Positions 15,604 through 24,001 of a DNA stretch of 24,001 nt are shown here, one piece after another. Position 1 is the stretch's first letter; every line of letters begins with the position of its first letter. A program made the position numbers and the translations under genes. The notes under the pieces are model-generated. The model did not search any database, was not told the origin of the DNA, and saw only the letters and a list, made by a program, of their open reading frames with translations. This DNA is from a virus (lineage: Duplodnaviria > Caudoviricetes): positions 1 to 24,001 of IMG/VR virus record IMGVR_UViG_3300012953_000226; one strand, given 5' to 3'.

Positions 15604-16554
15604 TTAACTTATTTTGGTTTTGAATTTGACAAACCTTACGGGAATGTCTCTTGAATATCCAGTCTTAACACCAGTGACACGAACCATGGAGTCGATATAA
15701 TACACCTCAGTGTTTCCACCACCACGGTTTGTCATTTGCTTAGTACCGCCTAATCTTGTAAACAAGAATGCACTAGTGTTTAGCTCAACTGAAGAAGCAA
15801 TCTTGAAGTTAAGCTTGGTACCTCTGGGGCCGGCAATAACTTGCCTTACAGAGTTGGCCCTGCTTGTAATTGGAGTTACCGCGCCGTCACCGAGATCAAC
15901 CGTATAGTAAGCAATGTCATCATCGTCAATATAGTCGAGCGCAATAGAGCCACCGTTTTGAGTGACAATCTGTCCAAGTCTATTATCAACTTGAATTGTG
16001 TAAGAAGTCTCTGATAACTCTTCTGGAAGCTGTTGTCTGACTGAAATTTGTGTTGTGTCGAGACCTTGATCTAATCTAATGGAGGACCCACCTTCGAGTG
16101 TTTCACCGTTTATAACACCAAGAACTGGTTGTCCGTTTGAATCTACGCCAATACCAGCTGTCTCCTTGCCACCATCGTCATCTTCTGTTTTGGCATCAAC
16201 TGCGACAATAAAAGCGTTGTCAGCGTGCATTTGGTGCTCTTTGTTGTAACTTTCGTTTAGTTTAATAACTGGCAAAAAGAGTAGATCAAAAGACTCATAA
16301 GTAACAAGTTTTGTTTTCATCGAGACAGCATTATCAGTAAATGCTTCCAAAACCGGTGTTTGTAAAATTTGCAGATCATAATAAGCGCTACCACTTGAGT
16401 GAGTTGAGTCATACAAGCTGTAGTCGATTTCGGTATCGCCCAGTGCGAATTTAGTGATTTGAAACGACCCATCTCCTCTGGAAAGGACTTGCCTCCCATG
16501 ATCAGTCAGTACCGCGTCGAGAATAATATCTCCACTATTATCAAGAAATCCCAT
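15604..16554 (-). CDS. Putative baseplate/tail structural protein with a tail-collar/fibre-like N-terminal motif
   Basis: SD AGGAG. N-terminus LTDHGRQVLSRG...ITKFALGD resembles the 'LT..G...LA......IT.MAVGD' start of DUF3751-type domains. Confidence 0.65.
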   Translation of the reverse strand: MGFLDNSGDIILDAVLTDHGRQVLSRGDGSFQITKFALGDTEIDYSLYDSTHSSGSAYYDLQILQTPVLEAFTDNAVSMKTKLVTYESFDLLFLPVIKLNESYNKEHQMHADNAFIVAVDAKTEDDDGGKETAGIGVDSNGQPVLGVINGETLEGGSSIRLDQGLDTTQISVRQQLPEELSETSYTIQVDNRLGQIVTQNGGSIALDYIDDDDIAYYTVDLGDGAVTPITSRANSVRQVIAGPRGTKLNFKIASSVELNTSAFLFTRLGGTKQMTNRGGGNTEVYYIDSMVRVTGVKTGYSRDIPVRFVKFKTKIS

Positions 16555-16588
16555 TTTTTATTGTCTCCTAGTTGTTATAATTAGATAT

Positions 16589-18643
16589 TTATTTAGAATT
16601 TTCCATGGTTTTCTTTTTTATAAGATTTACCATTATGTTTACATCAAGTTTTTTTCCTGTTGTCGTTGATGTAATCCTGAATTTGAATTTTTTGCCCCAG
16701 ATTGGCCGCTGTGCTATGCCTAGTGTTAACTTATTTATGGCTGTACCCCTGAGAGTGTCGAGTTGGTTGCCCTCTTCATCAAGCATTCCATTTGCATCCC
16801 CTTCAAATATAGTATGTCGGGATGCAGGAACTGCCTGCATTAATCTCATGAATCTCCTTGTGGTTTGGCTGGTTTCTTCACTTAGAAACCCAACCATTTT
16901 TGCAGAAAGAAAAGTCTCATCCGCATCTTTAGTTAACTCTACTTCATAAATAGGTGTTGGATTAGATACTAAACCATGAAAGTTAACACTTCTAAATACA
17001 TAGTAGTATTTTTTGAAGGGTACAACAAAGTCCTTATGAGATGCACCCGTTGAGGGGAAAGCATTTCTTACCTCTGTTAGCTTATAATTAGCAAGCTCTA
17101 AAAAACTTTTGGGTTGAAAATCGGTTCTATAAATTTCATACAAAGCTCTTTCATTGTTGTACACAAATCTATCTCTTTCTTCAAGCCTATCGTATTCTTT
17201 TCTTAAAATTTCTTGCTCTGCTTCTATTGGGTTTATGACCTCTAGAGGTTGATTATTAGAGTTGAGCGTTAAGTTTAAATAAATTCTCAAGTAATCATCA
17301 GCATTCTTTTCATTAACAAATTTCACAGTCGGAACTGGCTGTGGTGGTTGAATCACTCTACATATATCGGTGTATATATTTGGAATCTCGATTAGTTTAA
17401 ACGACGGCGTCATTTCAAAATTGACCCTTACCTTGTTACCTACAGGGGGAGCACTAGTAGATTTGTAATTACAGCCATAAGCTAAGACATAGGCTGACAC
17501 AGTGTATCTGTATTTAACACCATATTTGATCTGGGTATCGATTAAGTCAACAAAGCCATCGTCAGCAGGGACCCAAAAAGATTGTATAATTCGAGGCGAA
17601 CCATCGACTTGTTTGTCTATTTTGTAAAATAAAGTTTCTGTCTCAACTGGTTTGTTGTTTAGAATATCTTCAATATTGGGCATCTTATCTTTGCAAAATT
17701 TTCTTAATTTACCAACAAAAGCAACCTTGTCAAGATAATATCTGTACCTGCTCTTGCGCTTTAGAGACGGCTCAAAAATAACCTTGTCATCGTTGTTCAT
17801 GGTAAGGTCACTTCGTTGAATCCAATCTAGAACATCATATATAATAAAGGTGCGACGTTCTATCGAGGACTGTTGGTTTTCTGTGGTTTCTGTAAAGAAA
17901 GTACCTGTTTCTGTTGTCTGCTTGGACATGTAATCTTCAATAAACTGCTCAAAAAAGTTATACTCCTTGAGCGTATTTTTAAAAGAGTTTGTAGTCTGAT
18001 AATTAAATTTTATACGATTGTAAAAAGGGTACTGCTCCCTTTCGGCATTAGCAGGAGCCATGGAAAAGTTTTGACCAAACAGAAGATTCTTAAATCTATT
18101 GGAATCAGGTGTCTTATATCTTGGCTTTAAGATATAATTGAAGTCGTAAAAATGTCTGGCCTTTGGGATAATTCTGGGTAGAAACTTTGTTTCGAACAGA
18201 GTCTCAGTTTGAGCGGGGTCCGATTCTAGATATATACAAGGGATCGTTCTTTCATTTATGTTGGAGATAAAAGATTCATACTGCTCTGAAACAAAATTGA
18301 ACTTAGCAGTTATTCTACCGGACGAGGTGGCTTTTGAATCGTCATTTACAGCTATTAGGTTTCTAGATTCTGGTATCACCAAGTTACCATAATGATAGCT
18401 TCTTGGGCTGCTACCAATGTTCATGTTTTCTGTTTGATCGGTCTTGTTTGTTTCAATGATTTGGTTTTTTGTAAAATAATTGCCGCCGTCAGGCCTATAA
18501 GTTGGTGACAGGTAATTAAAAACGATCCTGTCTTCTTCTTTGTTCTGTACAAATTTTCCATTTTTTCTTATTAAGTTTTTGTTTATTGAAGTTTTGAACT
18601 CATCTGTATTTGCGTCAAAGAATTTTATCTTTTTAAGAAACAT
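16589..18643 (-). CDS. Putative virion structural protein with two FN3/Ig-like C-terminal motifs
   Basis: IDTQIKYGVKYRYTVSAY and KDFVVPFKKYYYVFRSVNFHGLVSNPT both fit the FN3 strand pattern D..v..g..Y.Y.v.a. TAATG overlap at 18643. Confidence 0.6.
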   Translation of the reverse strand: MFLKKIKFFDANTDEFKTSINKNLIRKNGKFVQNKEEDRIVFNYLSPTYRPDGGNYFTKNQIIETNKTDQTENMNIGSSPRSYHYGNLVIPESRNLIAVNDDSKATSSGRITAKFNFVSEQYESFISNINERTIPCIYLESDPAQTETLFETKFLPRIIPKARHFYDFNYILKPRYKTPDSNRFKNLLFGQNFSMAPANAEREQYPFYNRIKFNYQTTNSFKNTLKEYNFFEQFIEDYMSKQTTETGTFFTETTENQQSSIERRTFIIYDVLDWIQRSDLTMNNDDKVIFEPSLKRKSRYRYYLDKVAFVGKLRKFCKDKMPNIEDILNNKPVETETLFYKIDKQVDGSPRIIQSFWVPADDGFVDLIDTQIKYGVKYRYTVSAYVLAYGCNYKSTSAPPVGNKVRVNFEMTPSFKLIEIPNIYTDICRVIQPPQPVPTVKFVNEKNADDYLRIYLNLTLNSNNQPLEVINPIEAEQEILRKEYDRLEERDRFVYNNERALYEIYRTDFQPKSFLELANYKLTEVRNAFPSTGASHKDFVVPFKKYYYVFRSVNFHGLVSNPTPIYEVELTKDADETFLSAKMVGFLSEETSQTTRRFMRLMQAVPASRHTIFEGDANGMLDEEGNQLDTLRGTAINKLTLGIAQRPIWGKKFKFRITSTTTGKKLDVNIMVNLIKKKTMENSK

Positions 18644-21600
18644 TAGTAAGCCCCTCCGCCTGTAGGTGTTGTGTTAGCAGTCATAGTAGTTGCTGCCGCT
18701 CCGCCGCTTTGGCGTCTGGGTGAGCCAACGAGGTCGTTAGTTTCTCTATAATCGACTTGTTTAAGAGGGCCGTTTTTGGTTCTTGGCTGTGCCACCACAA
18801 GGGAATAAGATGACATTTGAACATCACCACCAGATAGTCCAGATTTACTTACAAACTCATCCATAACTCTATCTGCTTTCTCTTTAATTCTTGTTTCCCG
18901 AGTAACAAGCACAGCACCCCTATCATTGACAGACCTGCCCTTGACAGCAAGAGAATCCATATTTGGGTTTTTAGAAATTAAAAAGTATTTGTTTTCAAGG
19001 CCCACCCTATCAAATAGATCTGTTTCAAGTTTTAGGGTGGAATTATCATATGGTAAGAATCTGCATAACACGGTTTTATTCTTCTTGACTATAAGAGAGT
19101 TAAAAGAGTAGTTTGTTAAATCTCGCCACTTTGGACTTCTAAAGCTACTTTGTTCGTACTCTTCAAGGTATTGAATCTTAACTAGCGAAAGAAAACATGT
19201 TTTTACAAAGTCTCTTACTTCTGTATTTTGCATTAGATCTTCTTGGCCATAAAAAATATTATTCTTTGCGAATCCATATTCCGAGCCCAGAAGTGCTTTA
19301 AGGTGAAGAGGGATGGCCCGCACTATTCTTTTTAACCTTGGCTCGTCAAGTTTTTTATCCATGGTTTGAGATAAGATATTTTTTTGGTTTCTTAAATTAA
19401 ACTCTTCATAGCTAATATGGGTATCGCCTTGCTTAGCTCTCTCAAACGATTTAAACCTATTCTTTGTTTTCTCATCAAGATTAGGGCTATCAATTCTTTG
19501 ATCTTCATTTTGCGAATTAGTAAAAACAGACTCGCTACCTAAGTTTTCGTCAGAAGACTTGTATTCCTCTATATTTTCAGATTCTCTTTTTACTGCCTTT
19601 ATGTAAAAGGATGACTTACGTCCTGCTCTAATTGACTCTTGTCTCTTAGATGCCGCTCGATAGCCTGCACGATATTTATGTTCAATTGGTAAGTTATAAA
19701 TCTTGTTGAAAGCTTGTAAGTCGCCTGTCTCTAGTTTTTCAAGATTTACCATGTTCTTCTCGCCTTGCGTCATATTGCTTGGCGAGAAATAAGTATAAGA
19801 ATTGTAATCTAAGTTGTTGAGTTGATCAATCATTTCCTGTTTCATATCCGGCACCATTTGACTAGTAAAGGCAGGATTTTCTGAAAAGAAACGAAGCCTT
19901 TCGGCTCGGGCCATAGCTCTAATGTTTCCATATGATAGCACTGGAAATGCTAAGTCTGTGGGTGTGTCACCAACTATTGATTTTGGTGTAAAGCCCATAG
20001 ATATTCTATAATCACTAAGATCCACACAATCTTTAAATTTATTTTCAATAGACAGCTTACCTTTTTGCATATCGGTATTAACATAACCGATTTTTAACTC
20101 TGGCGCTAAAGAGCGATTTATACTTTTAAAGTATTTAGTCATCCTGTTGTACACGTAGCTGTATTGCTCACAGAACCAATCCAAAGACCTCATAGTCAAA
20201 GTCCTAGGGTGTACCATAACAGTCAAATTGGTTGTAAGATTGTCAATGTTAATGTCATTTGTATCAAACATTAGCTTATACATGTGTATAAATTCTTTAA
20301 CTGATCTGCGCCATGCATTTTCTCCGGTGCCGCTGTAAAGGTTTGGTTTTGTTTGTTCAGCATAGTAGTTGTAGTTTGTTACCCTCTTGGCTCTTTGTCT
20401 GTAGTTGCGCAAAGTAGAAAGACCTTCCGATGCCCTCCTGAGCATGTCTAGGATTATCGCTTCAGAGGGATCCTTGTAAGACGCCTCCACTGAATACATA
20501 AGTTTTCCTCTTGTAAACTTAGTTTTTTCTTCTGAAAAACAAATTGTTCTGCGTCTTCTATCGTTGAGCACTGGTTGTTGGTTATTGCCGAAATCGATAT
20601 CTATTTCTTGAATTTTTGCCGAGCCTTGCTTATTTGTCTGTAATCCTCTTCTATGCTCTTTTGTGCTGATTACTTTTTTTCGATGCCCTACCGACTTAAG
20701 CTTTGTCTTGGCAGTACCTGCTGATGAAGACTGCATACGTTCCACTACTCTTTGTGAATAGATAGATACATCACTTAATGATATATGCTCTACGGCAAGG
20801 TTATATAAAGCCCTATCCAAAGACATAAATAGCTTAGCATACGCGCTTGTGTTTAAATACAGAAGCTCCATGTCCATTTCAAAAGAAGACCTAACTGCAC
20901 CGAAATTATCGACCGAGGAATATAGAGGAGAAAAAACTGGTCTTGCCTTCATGTTAATCTTGTTTCTTCTTTTTGTCTTATAACGAATTCGGTAGTCTTT
21001 AATTTTTGTATTACTTGCAGAACTTAATTGTAAAGCATTCTGCTGAGTGGGAGAGTGCTTTGATCCAGCCAAATATCTATCACCGCTTTTGAATACCGGG
21101 CCGACATGTAAAGCTCCCCCTCTTGTGGTAAATAAATTTGTATTAGTTGGCACTTGGCCATTTACCAAAATTTGCTCACCAACAACAGCACCATGATAAA
21201 GGCTAACATTTTTAGAAGATAAATTTAGATTATTTTGAGAGCTAAACTGTTTTGTGTCCAGATAGCATACGGCAAACAAAGACATGTTAGGCTGCTCTTT
21301 CACTTGGAACGAGCACTTATAGGGAAAAACAACATGTCCATTATCCAGCTCATTTTCAAAAGCCGCCCTATTAACTGCTGAGATTGAATATACTTTGTGC
21401 TTCACTTGTTTCTTATTATAACCATCTATGGATTTTAAATTTTCTGGTGTTAAGGAGTCACGACCTGTAACAATCTGTTGTGTAAAGGATTCACTAGATG
21501 ACAGCACAATAAGCACTTTCATGTTGGCCTTAAGATCTTCTTCTAGGTACCAACTGCCATCGCTGATGTCGTAGAGGCACACTTTTGAAGAAATTTTTAA

Positions 21601-21681
21601 CCTATTCGCTGTTTGCCCGATAGTTATTTGTTTTATGTAAACGTTCGGCAGATTTTCTTGCCCCACTATAGTCGTGCTCAT
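18643..21681 (-). CDS. Large hypothetical protein (about 1012 aa), probably virion structural
   Basis: Start moved to ATG 21681 (MSTTIVGQENLPNVYI), which gives a TAATG overlap with the upstream stop. Uninterrupted 3-kb ORF with a low-complexity tail ending TTPTGGGAY. Confidence 0.75.
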   Translation of the reverse strand: MSTTIVGQENLPNVYIKQITIGQTANRLKISSKVCLYDISDGSWYLEEDLKANMKVLIVLSSSESFTQQIVTGRDSLTPENLKSIDGYNKKQVKHKVYSISAVNRAAFENELDNGHVVFPYKCSFQVKEQPNMSLFAVCYLDTKQFSSQNNLNLSSKNVSLYHGAVVGEQILVNGQVPTNTNLFTTRGGALHVGPVFKSGDRYLAGSKHSPTQQNALQLSSASNTKIKDYRIRYKTKRRNKINMKARPVFSPLYSSVDNFGAVRSSFEMDMELLYLNTSAYAKLFMSLDRALYNLAVEHISLSDVSIYSQRVVERMQSSSAGTAKTKLKSVGHRKKVISTKEHRRGLQTNKQGSAKIQEIDIDFGNNQQPVLNDRRRRTICFSEEKTKFTRGKLMYSVEASYKDPSEAIILDMLRRASEGLSTLRNYRQRAKRVTNYNYYAEQTKPNLYSGTGENAWRRSVKEFIHMYKLMFDTNDINIDNLTTNLTVMVHPRTLTMRSLDWFCEQYSYVYNRMTKYFKSINRSLAPELKIGYVNTDMQKGKLSIENKFKDCVDLSDYRISMGFTPKSIVGDTPTDLAFPVLSYGNIRAMARAERLRFFSENPAFTSQMVPDMKQEMIDQLNNLDYNSYTYFSPSNMTQGEKNMVNLEKLETGDLQAFNKIYNLPIEHKYRAGYRAASKRQESIRAGRKSSFYIKAVKRESENIEEYKSSDENLGSESVFTNSQNEDQRIDSPNLDEKTKNRFKSFERAKQGDTHISYEEFNLRNQKNILSQTMDKKLDEPRLKRIVRAIPLHLKALLGSEYGFAKNNIFYGQEDLMQNTEVRDFVKTCFLSLVKIQYLEEYEQSSFRSPKWRDLTNYSFNSLIVKKNKTVLCRFLPYDNSTLKLETDLFDRVGLENKYFLISKNPNMDSLAVKGRSVNDRGAVLVTRETRIKEKADRVMDEFVSKSGLSGGDVQMSSYSLVVAQPRTKNGPLKQVDYRETNDLVGSPRRQSGGAAATTMTANTTPTGGGAY

Positions 21682-22724
21682 TAGTCGCAATCCTCAATAT
21701 CAGTAACATTTGAAGTGTAAATAGATCCTTGACCAATATCGTCAGGACACTCTAGGTCTAGTAGACCATCTAAGTTTACTCCCGCAGCTTTTAATTGTGC
21801 CAAGCCTTTGCAAAGATCGTCTAAAGGTATTTCTTTGTCCAGTCTGCAATCCCAATAGTATTCAACATGTTGTGGTGTCACATCCTCAGCGTCGTCCCTA
21901 AAAGCATATGTATCGGCTTCTTCGTCCATAAGTATGCCATTGACTATCTGTGGTTTTCTTTTAACAAATTTCAAAGGCACCAATTCTTGTGTGAAGGTTA
22001 GTTGATCACCGGAACCTGTGGTCTCAAACATGAAGACTTCTAGCTCTAGACTCTCTCCAAATTGAAATCCGTTTTGCTCTAGTATATACGTCAACAGTTG
22101 TTCTTCTTCTAGATTCACATAAGTTCCATCGCCCATCACTGTGCTAACAGGTAGGTTAGCTGTGCCTTTTGTGCCCGTTAGTGGACCGTCATCATCCTCG
22201 TTTCTTATTGACATTTCATAGTCTATATCGTAGTTTATCTGGGCGATGTTCAAAGGTTGAAACGACTTTCTTCGCCCCTCTTGTGTATAGAAACTACCAG
22301 TAGCATGAAGCTGCATGGCAGAGCTTGATATTTCGTTTATTAAAGAATAGAGGTTCCATGCGGGGGCCTTTTCTTTTGTCGGGTCAGAGCTTCCAAGGGA
22401 ATACTGTAAGAATTTTGCAGTCTCATCAGCAATCGGTCTTTTTACCTTATCATACTGTGATGTGGGGAATGGCTGGTCTTTGCCATTGATATCTTCAACT
22501 GTTTTAAACATATAATGTGGGCGAAGGACTGGTGTCTCATTTAAAATACGATTTCTAACGTCAGAGTTAGCTTCAGTAAAGTTTGCTGCTGTGGAATCAT
22601 ATATTACATCATCATCGAAAAAAGCATAATACTTTGGCATTAGCTTGCCATTCTGTAGCAAGTGCTTACCATACGGACTTAGTTCTATTCCTAGAACATC
22701 AAATTTTTTATTAAAGTATGTCAT
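21681..22724 (-). CDS. Putative baseplate/tail structural protein, N-terminus paralogous to 15604..16554
   Basis: LSPYGKHLLQNG...YYAFFDDDVIYD...ILNETPVL aligns by eye with LTDHGRQVLSRG...KFALGDTEIDYS...ILQTPVL. SD GAGG. Confidence 0.65.
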   Translation of the reverse strand: MTYFNKKFDVLGIELSPYGKHLLQNGKLMPKYYAFFDDDVIYDSTAANFTEANSDVRNRILNETPVLRPHYMFKTVEDINGKDQPFPTSQYDKVKRPIADETAKFLQYSLGSSDPTKEKAPAWNLYSLINEISSSAMQLHATGSFYTQEGRRKSFQPLNIAQINYDIDYEMSIRNEDDDGPLTGTKGTANLPVSTVMGDGTYVNLEEEQLLTYILEQNGFQFGESLELEVFMFETTGSGDQLTFTQELVPLKFVKRKPQIVNGILMDEEADTYAFRDDAEDVTPQHVEYYWDCRLDKEIPLDDLCKGLAQLKAAGVNLDGLLDLECPDDIGQGSIYTSNVTDIEDCD

Positions 22725-22752
22725 TTGCCGGTCGCCTCACAAAGTAATTATT

Positions 22753-24000
22753 TTATTTTATTTTTTTTCTATCAAATGCGTTATTAAGTTTCTTCTTTTG
22801 AGTGGATGGCTTTTTGATAACCGTCTTTACTCTTCTCTTTCTTGTAATCTTGCCTTTCTTTCTCTTCGGCTTCTTATCGACCTCTTCTACGGGCTTTTTA
22901 AGTTTGTTTGGTGGGACCTTGCCAGACACAGCCCCTAGAAGGCGTCTAGAAGGCGCTGTGCGCTGTTCTCTGTCCTTGGTGGTATCCTTAGTCTTGGGCT
23001 TGATTACGGGCTTCTCTTGGGCCTGTGAGGCCTCTTCATCGAAGTCTAAGAAGTGAACCTCTGCATTTAGCTTCACGCCTTCGATCATTGAGAAGAAATC
23101 GTAAGGCCAATTATAAGAAATTCGGTTCTTTTTGCCTAACGCATCGGCACTGACGCCGAGCTTAACTCTTTGGGATAGCAGTTGCTGTGACTCATTTCGT
23201 GCAAAGATTTTCTCAAAATAATTTGTCTTCGCTCTTTGCTTGACCTTGAACACCATCCACTGAATCTCTGGGTTTACCGACTCTGCTCTGTCGTTTCTAA
23301 CCAACTCAACTTCTTGGTTCCGACCGCGCCTGTATCGGCCACCCTTACCAAGAAGCTCATAAGCAAGCAATTGGTGTGAGATTGACACCTCATCAGTTTG
23401 AACAGTTTGATTCAACTCGGGTGGCAAGTTCTGCCAGATATCAGACAAATCTTGTTTTGTTAAGTTGTGATTGAACTCAAAAATATACATAGAGAAGGGT
23501 CTAATTTCAGGATTAGTTACAAAGTCCAAAGAAGGAGGTATAACAAATTTTTGCATCTTTTCAACCATGTCTATAACAGTTCGACCAACAAGATTCTTTC
23601 TTGAAGGATCAAGGGCTAATCGTACCTGTCTCTTCTCCATGGTGAAGAATCTCCTACGACCTCCCTTCTCAAAGAACGGGATTGCCACAACAGCTTCGCT
23701 GATTTCCTTGACTCCAGCAACTTCACCCATCCTTACAGGTTCTGTCGAGAAGCCACAGAGATCGGCTAGCGATCTGTGCCTCTTGGCCATTGGTAAAGTA
23801 CGATGCATGGCATTTCTGATCCAACTTCTGGGAACGTCATCAACCTGCAAGAACACACCCTCTTTTGCGTTTTGAGGGAGGTGCCCATATTGATGCCACA
23901 TTCCAATTGGAGTCTGCATTGGGGCCACACCGGGAAGCTCAATACCATAAGAGTTATCTGTATAGTTCGGCAAGGTTACAACGGGATCTCCACCATCACG
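22753..24000 (-). CDS. C-terminal part of a larger, probably structural protein (partial) with a very basic tail
   Basis: The frame stays open beyond the listed TTG start to the window edge (RDGGDPVVTLPNY...), so the true start is probably outside the window. Contains SYNWPYDFFS followed by a Lys/Arg-rich tail. Confidence 0.75.
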   Translation of the reverse strand, partial: RDGGDPVVTLPNYTDNSYGIELPGVAPMQTPIGMWHQYGHLPQNAKEGVFLQVDDVPRSWIRNAMHRTLPMAKRHRSLADLCGFSTEPVRMGEVAGVKEISEAVVAIPFFEKGGRRRFFTMEKRQVRLALDPSRKNLVGRTVIDMVEKMQKFVIPPSLDFVTNPEIRPFSMYIFEFNHNLTKQDLSDIWQNLPPELNQTVQTDEVSISHQLLAYELLGKGGRYRRGRNQEVELVRNDRAESVNPEIQWMVFKVKQRAKTNYFEKIFARNESQQLLSQRVKLGVSADALGKKNRISYNWPYDFFSMIEGVKLNAEVHFLDFDEEASQAQEKPVIKPKTKDTTKDREQRTAPSRRLLGAVSGKVPPNKLKKPVEEVDKKPKRKKGKITRKRRVKTVIKKPSTQKKKLNNAFDRKKIK

Positions 24001-24001
24001 G

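Noticed and set aside
22935-22955. Direct repeat CTAGAAGGCG x2
   Set aside because: Only two 10-nt copies 1 nt apart inside a coding region, with no array or spacers. Most likely chance or a local slippage duplication.
140-23948. The many short plus-strand and alternative-frame ORFs in the track (e.g. 2126..2413, 9139..9492, 16605..16949, 23471..23875)
   Set aside because: They lie over longer minus-strand genes, show no recognisable motifs and look like antisense or frame shadows. The Ser/Pro-rich 2126..2413 simply mirrors the Gly-rich portal tail.
1-24001. Alternative genetic code (stop-codon reassignment as in some large phages)
   Set aside because: Genes tile the window almost without gaps under code 11, and TAA, TAG and TGA each end genes at sensible boundaries.

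Overview
The window is a fragment of a large T4-like/jumbo dsDNA phage genome with no host genes, tRNAs or CRISPR arrays. All credible genes lie on the minus strand and are tightly packed, many with 1- or 4-nt stop/start overlaps, and the standard genetic code fits (TAA, TAG and TGA all end genes). In transcription order (right to left) it holds five blocks. (1) Putative baseplate/tail structural genes (24000-13220), including two paralog pairs that each seem to carry one half of a tail-collar/fibre-like (DUF3751-type) motif, and an FN3-like protein. (2) A probable capsid-packaged modular protein with an MKLIFENWRRYLEE leader and an HDxxGH motif. (3) A DNA-metabolism island of RuvC-like resolvase, DNA primase and a single-chain SbcD-SbcC (Mre11-Rad50) fusion, each gene behind its own near-consensus sigma70 promoter. 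(4) Three small membrane proteins resembling a holin plus spanin-like pair, translationally coupled to the SbcCD fusion, with no recognisable endolysin. (5) A T4 gp17-like large terminase, a gp20-like portal, probable head genes, a small HExxH peptidase-like gene and the start of a membrane protein missed by the ORF track. All family calls come from motifs read by eye; no database search was run.
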